Assembly: GCA_032718475.1 (NCBI GenBank)
Contig: JAUCBJ010000271.1
Location: 1-58,573, forward strand
Reading direction: 5' to 3'
Length of the DNA stretch: 58,573 bases
From: Nemertoderma westbladi
Taxonomy: Eukaryota > Animalia > Xenacoelomorpha
The notes beneath the pieces were generated by a model. That model worked only from the letters and a program-made list of their open reading frames with translations. It was not told where the DNA came from and ran no database searches. The number at the start of each line of letters is the position of its first letter. Position 1 is the stretch's first letter. Of the stretch, positions 51,927-58,573 are shown in pieces. The position numbers were made by a program, and so were the translations under genes.

Positions 51927-54098
51927 CCCCATCCCCTGTAGTTAACACACATCCCTTGTTGTTAACTCTCCATCCCCTGTAGTTAACACATATCCCTTGT
52001 TGTTAACTCTCCATCCCCTGTAGTTAACACATATCCCTTATTGTTAATTCTCCATCCCCTGTACTTAAACAAGCATCCCTTATTGTAACTCTCCATCCCC
52101 TGTAGTTAACACACATCCCTTGTTGTTAACTCTCCATCCCCTGTAGTTAACACATATCCCTTATTGTTAATTCTCCATCCCCTGTACTTAAACAAGCATC
52201 CCTTATTGTAACTCTCCATTCCCTGTAGTTAACACACATCCCTTGTTGTTAACTCTCCATCCCCTGTAGTTAACACATATCCCTTATTGTTAACTCTCCA
52301 TCCCCTGTAATTAACACACATCCCTTATTGTTAATTCTCCATCCCCTGTACTTAAACAAGCATCCCTTATTGTAACTCTCCATCCCCTGTAGTTAACACA
52401 CATCCCTTATTGTTAACTCCCCATCCCCTGTAGTTAACACACATCCCTTATTGTTAATTCTCCATCCCCTGTACTTAACAAGCATCCCTTATTGTAACGA
52501 TCCATTCCCTGTAGTTAACACACATCCCTTATTGTTAACTCCCTATCCCCTGTAGTTAACACACATCCTTTATTGTTAACTCCCCATCCCTGTAGTTAAC
52601 ACACATCCCTTATTGTTAACTCCCTATCCCCTGTAGTTAACACACATCTCTTGTTGTTAACTCTCCATCCCCTGTAGTTAACACACATCCCTTATTGTTA
52701 ACTCCCCATCTCCTGTAGTTAACACACATCCCTTATTGTTAACTCTCCATCCCCTGTAGTTAACACACATCCCTTATTGTTAACTCTCCATCCCCTGTAG
52801 TAAACACACATACATCCCTTAATGTTAACTCTCCATTCCCTGTAGTTAACACACATCCCTTATTGTTAACTCTCCATCCCCTGTAGTAAACAAGCATCCC
52901 TTATTGTTAACTCTCCATCCCCTGTAGTAAACAAGCATCCCTTATTGTAACTCTCCATTCCTTGTAGTTAACACACATACATCCCTTAATGTTAACTCTC
53001 CATCCCCTGTAGTTAACACACATCCCTTATTGTTAACTCTCCATCCCCTGTAGTAAACACACATACATCCCTTAATGTTAACTCTCCATTCCCTGTAGTT
53101 AACACACATCCCTTATTGTTAACTCTCCATCCCCTGTAGTAAACAAGCATCCCTTATTGTTAACTCTCCATCCCCTGTAGTAAACAAGCATCCCTTATTG
53201 TAACTCTCCATTCCATGTAGTTAACACACATCCCTTATTGTTAACTCTCCATTCCTTGTAGTTAACACACATACATCCCTTAATGTTAACTCTCTATCCC
53301 CTGTAGTTAACACACATCCCTTATTGTTAACTCTCCATTCCTTGTAGTTAACACACATCCCTTATTGTTAACTCTCCATTCCTTGTAGTTAACACACATA
53401 CATCCCTTAATGTTAACTCTCCATCCCCTGTAGTTAACACACATCCCTTATTGTTAACTCTCCATTCCTTGTAGTTAACACACATACATCCCTTAATGTT
53501 AACTCTCCATCCCCTGTAGTTAACACACATCCCTTATTGTTAACTCTCCATCCCCTGTAGTAAACACACATACATCCCTTAATGTTAACTCTCCATTCCC
53601 TGTAGTTAACACACATCCCTTATTGTTAACTCTCCATTCCTTGTAGTTAACACACATACATCCCTTAATGTTAACTCTCCATCCCCTGTAGTTAACACAC
53701 ATCCCTTATTGTTAACTCTCCATTCCTTGTAGTTAACACACATACATCCCTTAATGTTAACTCTCCATCCCCTGTAGTTAACACACATCCCTTATTGTTA
53801 ACTCTCCATCCCCTGTAGTAAACACACATACATCCCTTATTGTTAACGCTCCATCCCCTGTAGTTGACACACATCCCTTATTGTAACTCTCCATCCCCTG
53901 TAGTTAACACACATCCCTTATTGTTAACTCTCCATCCCATGTAGTTAACACACATCCCTTATTGTAACGCTCCATTCCCTGTAGTTAACACACATCCCTT
54001 GTTGTTAACTCTCCATCCCCTGTAGTTAACACACATCCCTTGTTGTTAATTCTCCATCCCCTGTAGTTAACACACATCCCTTGTTGTTAAATCCCCAT
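51927..54098. repeat. Intronic 41-bp minisatellite (CTCCATCCCCTGTAGTTAACACACATCCCTTATTGTTAACT), about 52 copies
   Basis: Visible tandem array with 40-, 41- and 45-bp variants; an 86-bp higher-order period at ~53350-53870. Confidence 0.95.
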
Positions 54099-54573
54099 AC
54101 ATTGTTGCCGTTATGAGCTCCTACAAAAGTTGATTATTTAGACTTTATTACGAATCGGATTAAACGCGCGCAGTGCAATAAACTCATCAAATATTAGTTC
54201 TAACACAACCGGATGTGCGACCTAGATTTAATAAACCGAAGAAGGCTTACGGAAGCAAAGAACCGCATCGCTGTTTGTTATTTATAGTATTTTTAGTGTT
54301 TCCAAATAATAATGTTAGTGGATTAGAATTCCCATTATACTCTTGTAATTATTCAACAGGATGTATGGACACGGGTTTCGGAAACAACGAACCTTCATAA
54401 TACGAATCGTAGAGAAATCCAGTAATTTTTCATATTATTCATACAGTTAATGTTATATGCCTATGGGTGTGTACAGTAGGAGGGGCGTCGGATAAATAAA
54501 TGTTAATTATAATAAATGGTGAACTTTGCTAATTGTAATTAGTTTAAAATTTGAAAAACCCATTTCGTTACAG

Positions 54574-54720
54574 ATATTGTTGTGGGGGGAAGGTCTATCT
54601 GTATAAAACACAATGCACAACTTTGCTACATGAACTTGCTTAACTGGACAGATATCCTCCGCACTACTGAAGATTCTACGAGAATAGATATCGTTAATAA
54701 CGGAGATAAAAACGACAAAT
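54574..54720 (+). CDS. EGFR/ErbB-like receptor, internal exon (end of L domain)
   Basis: TTACAG| ... |GTTGGT, 147 bp, phase 1-1; (D)IVVGGRSICIKHNAQLCYMNLLNWTDILRTTEDSTRIDIVNNGDKNDK carries the N.xLC....I/L.W.DI L-domain signature; in frame with the flanking exons. Confidence 0.85.
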
Positions 54721-55424
54721 GTTGGTTTTTTTTATAACTTTACTATGCGAACTAGCTCACTCCCAATAATTAGTGAACAGAACCTCGTATATCGAGGCTT
54801 GTAATCTGCCACAACTATATATAAAATATATTTAAGAGAGGTAACATCCATCTGCTTATAATTTAAATTGATATAAACGGGATATTTCTGTGATTGCTTG
54901 ATAAAGTAATCCGTTAGGATTGTGAAATATTGCAATAATTTAAATAAATTTAAATTATAAAATATATAAATTATGTTTCCTGATGTCGTTGTAATTATAC
55001 TGTAGCCCGTCTTTGTTATTCTAGGTATTTTCATTAATTCGATCTCTGTATAACTCTAAAGGTCTACGACATTTTGTTTGCATATACACCTAATGCTAAC
55101 TCAGACCCGTTTAATTTACTAATGTCCCTCCCTGTATTCCGAACTGCTGCAGTAACAATTATATTCTATGGGAGAGGCAGTTAGGCCAATGACACAAAGA
55201 TATAATAGATTCATGGTATACAGATATGATTCACAGATATAATAATTAATATAGACTCATGTGAATGTGATCGATCCACGCATGGGACGGGAAGTTTTCA
55301 TTTCGACAATAATGTTTTAAAGGGAATAACCAGGGCTTTGCTATTTACTTTTACTTCCATATCTACCCCGGCCCCTAAAGAACACAGTTCCAGAGACTGT
55401 TATTGGGTTATTAAATTAATTTAG

Positions 55425-55621
55425 GTAAATCTGTCCATTGCGATGGCCAATGCTCCTCGGGTTATTGCTCCGGTCCCGATGTCGGCGATTGCCAAACATT
55501 GACTTATGTCGGTTGCCCCGCGTGCAATAATCGTTGCTACGAAACAGAAACTAATCAGAAGAAATGTTGTTTCTCTGAATGCGCGGGCGGTTGCTTTAAT
55601 AGCAGCGCGGATGGTTGCTAT
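55425..55621 (+). CDS. EGFR/ErbB-like receptor, internal exon (furin-like Cys-rich domain)
   Basis: TTTAG| ... |GTAAGT, 197 bp, phase 1-0; (C)KSVHCDGQCSSGYCSGPDVGDCQTLTYVGCPACNNRCYETETNQKKCCFSECAGGCFNSSADGCY matches the EGFR domain II Cys spacing. Confidence 0.88.
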
Positions 55622-56744
55622 GTAAGTATAATGGTTGCTATGTGTGTACAATCAATGGTTGCATGTAAGTATGATGTATTAAATTAAAATTTGATTAATA
55701 TTAAATTTTGATAAATTACAATAGCCATTCTTCCCGCCCGTATTAGGGGGAACACACCCGTTGCTGAAACCATAAATCATAACTTTGTTAATATAAAATA
55801 ACTATAGAAGACCCCATAAAGTTTTTATTTTCAAAAATCCTTAAATTATTAAACTCTAAGGTGAATGAAATACCAAAACGATACTGGAACAACATTATTA
55901 ATAATAAAATAAGCCCGTTACTAGGGTAACAATATAATAATAACTTCGCTTGTGATCATGAATGTTCAGTTATGTAACATATTATGCATCCGATAAGTAC
56001 ATATAAAATATTTCTGACGGTTATTATACATACTACAAAATGTTTCCGGTTGCTATTGTTACCAGAAAATACCTCGGCCTACAACTGTATCGAGAAATAA
56101 TTGTCTTGGGTTATGAAAATGTAAGGCAATTGATCCTAAATGGAATTCATTTTAAACTGATCTAAACTCTCTAACTACTGTATATTTAAAGTGATGAAAC
56201 AGTACAGAAGGTCATTTTTTACTGTTTCCATGGATACATGGAAAGTGACAATACATTTTTATCACGATTAAAAACCATTAAAAAGATATAGGGCAATGTT
56301 TCTGAAAGTTTCATCAATAATGAATATGAGTAATGAATAATTTCAGGAGCACGTATTTGACATTGGTTTAGAAAAATATTAATATTTGCAAAAATGATTT
56401 TAAACAGATACCATGATATCTGGTTTCTAAAACCTACCTTAGCAACGGTCTGATGCCGGTTTAGGAGGGGCAGGTCAAGGTTAGATTTATGTAGGGTCAA
56501 TAGAAAGTAGTGTTATGATCTGTCGCAATGGTGAAACGGGACCCTTAAAATTTCCAATTGAGCTTAGCATTCGACGGATTCGGAATCAGCACACTCGATT
56601 TAGCTTAAAACCGTCGAATGGCCGGCCATTACCCAAATTAGCTTTCGCCTTCACTTTCTAGGAGTTTTTCAGGATTTGGTTAACCAGACCGATAATGTCT
56701 TTGTAAGTGTAAATTTAATTTGCCAATTAATATTATAATTTTAG

Positions 56745-56887
56745 AGCTGCGTGCATTTCTCGAAGAACGGAACTTGTGTAGAATCTTGTGGGGAGTCAAC
56801 CTACGCCATGGGTTTCCAATGCGTGGAACAGTGCGAACCAAGATATGTCATTCAAAATACAGCCAGTGAATCGTTTTGTACCAAAAG
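56745..56887 (+). CDS. EGFR/ErbB-like receptor, internal exon (furin-like Cys-rich domain, continued)
   Basis: TTTTAG| ... |GTAGGC, 143 bp, phase 0-2; SCVHFSKNGTCVESCGESTYAMGFQCVEQCEPRYVIQNTASESFCTK. Confidence 0.82.
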
Positions 56888-56979
56888 GTAGGCAAAACTG
56901 AAAGTAAATTTAAAATGATTAATACAGTTTGCAATTTGTACAGTAACCTGCCTGCTTTACCTATCTGTAGTACAGTAGG

Positions 56980-58006
56980 TTTACAGTTCATGGTAAATAT
57001 TTGTTTAGAATTCTGTAGTAAGTATAATTTGCGGCTCAGTACGGACCCAAACCCAAAGAAATCGAAATCAAAATGTATTCCATTTAATTTTTCATGGAAA
57101 CAACCATTGTGTAATATCATGGCAAACAATAATGTACTTCCTTGGGTTAAAGAGGCAATGCATCTGGGGAATGTTATAAATTTCAAAGGTACAACCGACA
57201 CCGACATAGACCGCAAACGCGGCGCATTTATTGGGACATTGGATAATCTAAGAAATGAATTTCGATTCGCAGTACCCAGTTGCATTACTAAAATACAGAA
57301 ATTATACTGCACAAGTTTTTACGGTAGCCCAATATGGGATTTATCGTCAGATAATTGTAGAAGAGTTCTTACAGCGTGGAATAACAATGTCAGATGGGTT
57401 TGGGCTTTGCCTTATAATAGCCATAGGTTTATTGTGCAACATTTAGTTAATTTTCCACACCCTTACAGTATGCTTCGCAAACGGTTTGTTAAATTTAAAG
57501 ACACAGTGCTGAATAGCGATCGGTCATTGGTTATGTGTAAGGTTATTAGCTAATTTAACCATGTTTGATTGTCGGTCAATTTCAGGTAGGAATTTGAGAC
57601 GAATAGGTAACGAATGTAATATTTCAGACCTAAATTGTATAACACCAATGTTAGCAGGCCGTTTATCGTACGTTGAAATTCCGGATGAACAGGAATGGCG
57701 TCCGTTAATTTGTAACGAGTTATCATTAGCAATCATTAATGAATTAACGGTTCCCGGTTTCAGCTACGATGAATTAGTATATGCGCAATTACGTTGCAAC
57801 GTTCTAATATTATATTGTCTGTTGACTTGTTCACTAGGTACGTTTAATGCTTATTCTGTACATACATTTATATATCTAGGCCTCTTTTGTGCTCTTAATT
57901 TTTGCTTCATTTTTTTTCCTTCTTTTTTGTCATACATACATACATACACATCTGTCTGTACTATTGTGTTTTAATCAATATGTACGATAATAATAATAAT
58001 AATAAT
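56980..58006 (+). mobile_element. 5'-truncated non-LTR retrotransposon (RTE-X/L2-like RT C-terminus) with (TAA)n tail
   Basis: GLQFMVNICLEFCSKYNLRLSTDPNPKKSKSKC...HLGN...FYGSPIWDL...WNNNVRWVWALP; stop/frameshift near 57553; (TAA)6 tail; candidate TSD AGTAGG at 56974-56979 and 58007-58012. Confidence 0.8.
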
Positions 58007-58256
58007 AGTAGGCCTAAAGTGTACTACTACCTTATCTGACTTTGGGTGTATTTGAATTGTTAGTTTGGTTAGGGTTAATTTGGTAATCCTCAACCCTAAT
58101 TAATATTATTATGTAACACTAAACCTAAGTCATAATCTAAGAAATTTAGAAGAATTTCGGCTATTATTGCCATATGAGATATATAGATATAGAGAGATAG
58201 GATATGCAACTTAAGACTGCCTGTTCAATAGAAGTGGATTAGGTGGGATAGTGAAT

Positions 58257-58363
58257 GTCAGGGGCAAGTGGCTGAACTGGTTAGCGCTACTGATGAGGCC
58301 TGATAGGCTGAAACGTACGTATAGCGCTGGTTCAACCCCCGGTGACGCGCTTACTCATTTTTT
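58257..58363 (+). promoter_or_regulatory. tRNA-like Pol III unit (A box, B box, T6) enclosing the hammerhead
   Basis: TGGCTGAACTGG (58269-58280) fits the A box; GGTTCAACCCC (58329-58339) fits the B box; TTTTTT at 58358-58363. Confidence 0.5.
58283..58328 (+). ncRNA. Minimal type I hammerhead ribozyme
   Basis: Stem I AGCGCTA/TAGCGCT; core CTGATGA (58290-58296); stem II GGCCT-GAT-AGGCT; GAAA (58310-58313); short stem III with palindromic ACGTACGT; GUA cleavage triplet ending at 58321. Confidence 0.85.
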
Positions 58364-58573
58364 CCATTTCTGAACAAAACCATAATATTACATTATTGAC
58401 ATAGGCTCGAGGGGCCGTTAATGGCAATAACTGGCATTCTGTTTACGCATCCTGTAGGGCTGTTTTCTACTGGTTTCTATTAATTAATAATAGCTTGTTT
58501 ATTATAGCATATTTTCCATGTTTTCTGCACAGATAATTGTTCATAATATTATTTATAGATTTTTACTAAATAG

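Noticed and set aside
53348-53874. Five overlapping 60-aa ORFs (MCVNYRGW...)
   Set aside because: Artefacts of the 86-bp minisatellite period
55740-56700. Possible MITE or DNA transposon remnant (GGATTCGGAATCAGCAC motif)
   Set aside because: Could not identify terminal inverted repeats or a TSD by eye
58257-58350. Bona fide tRNA gene
   Set aside because: No anticodon stem-loop or proper 7-bp acceptor stem; the central part is a hammerhead core
58164-58430. 10-bp inverted repeat TTATTGCCAT/ATGGCAATAA around the hammerhead
   Set aside because: Too short and AT-rich, with no TSD, to define element ends without other copies

Overview
Eukaryotic (bilaterian-looking) genomic DNA; no prokaryotic genes or CRISPR. 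Bases 1-50726 are an almost uninterrupted, same-orientation, head-to-tail array of about 21 non-autonomous Helitron-type elements from three related families, here called A, B and C. Each intact copy has a 5' TC(T/TA)ATATATAAAT end, a (TGTC)n-type microsatellite, an internal ~146-bp tandem repeat and a 3' GAA-loop hairpin ending in CTAG. Almost every 146-bp unit carries a CTCF-consensus-like motif (CCGCTAGRGGGCG, with an upstream TGCAGTTC/TACAGTTC element); my hand tally is roughly 175-180 co-oriented copies. Nested in the array are a 5'-truncated RTE-type LINE with an 11-bp TSD, an intact young BEL/Pao LTR retrotransposon (1780-aa ORF, LTRs identical by eye, 5-bp TSD) and a frameshifted CR1-like LINE fragment. 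From 51495 there are four + strand exons of an EGFR/ErbB-like receptor (L domain plus furin-like Cys-rich domain) that appears to lack the dimerization arm. The surrounding non-coding DNA holds two minisatellites, another LINE 3' fragment and a minimal hammerhead ribozyme embedded in a tRNA-like (Pol III A/B-box) unit. The many short ORFs in the supplied track over repeats are judged spurious.
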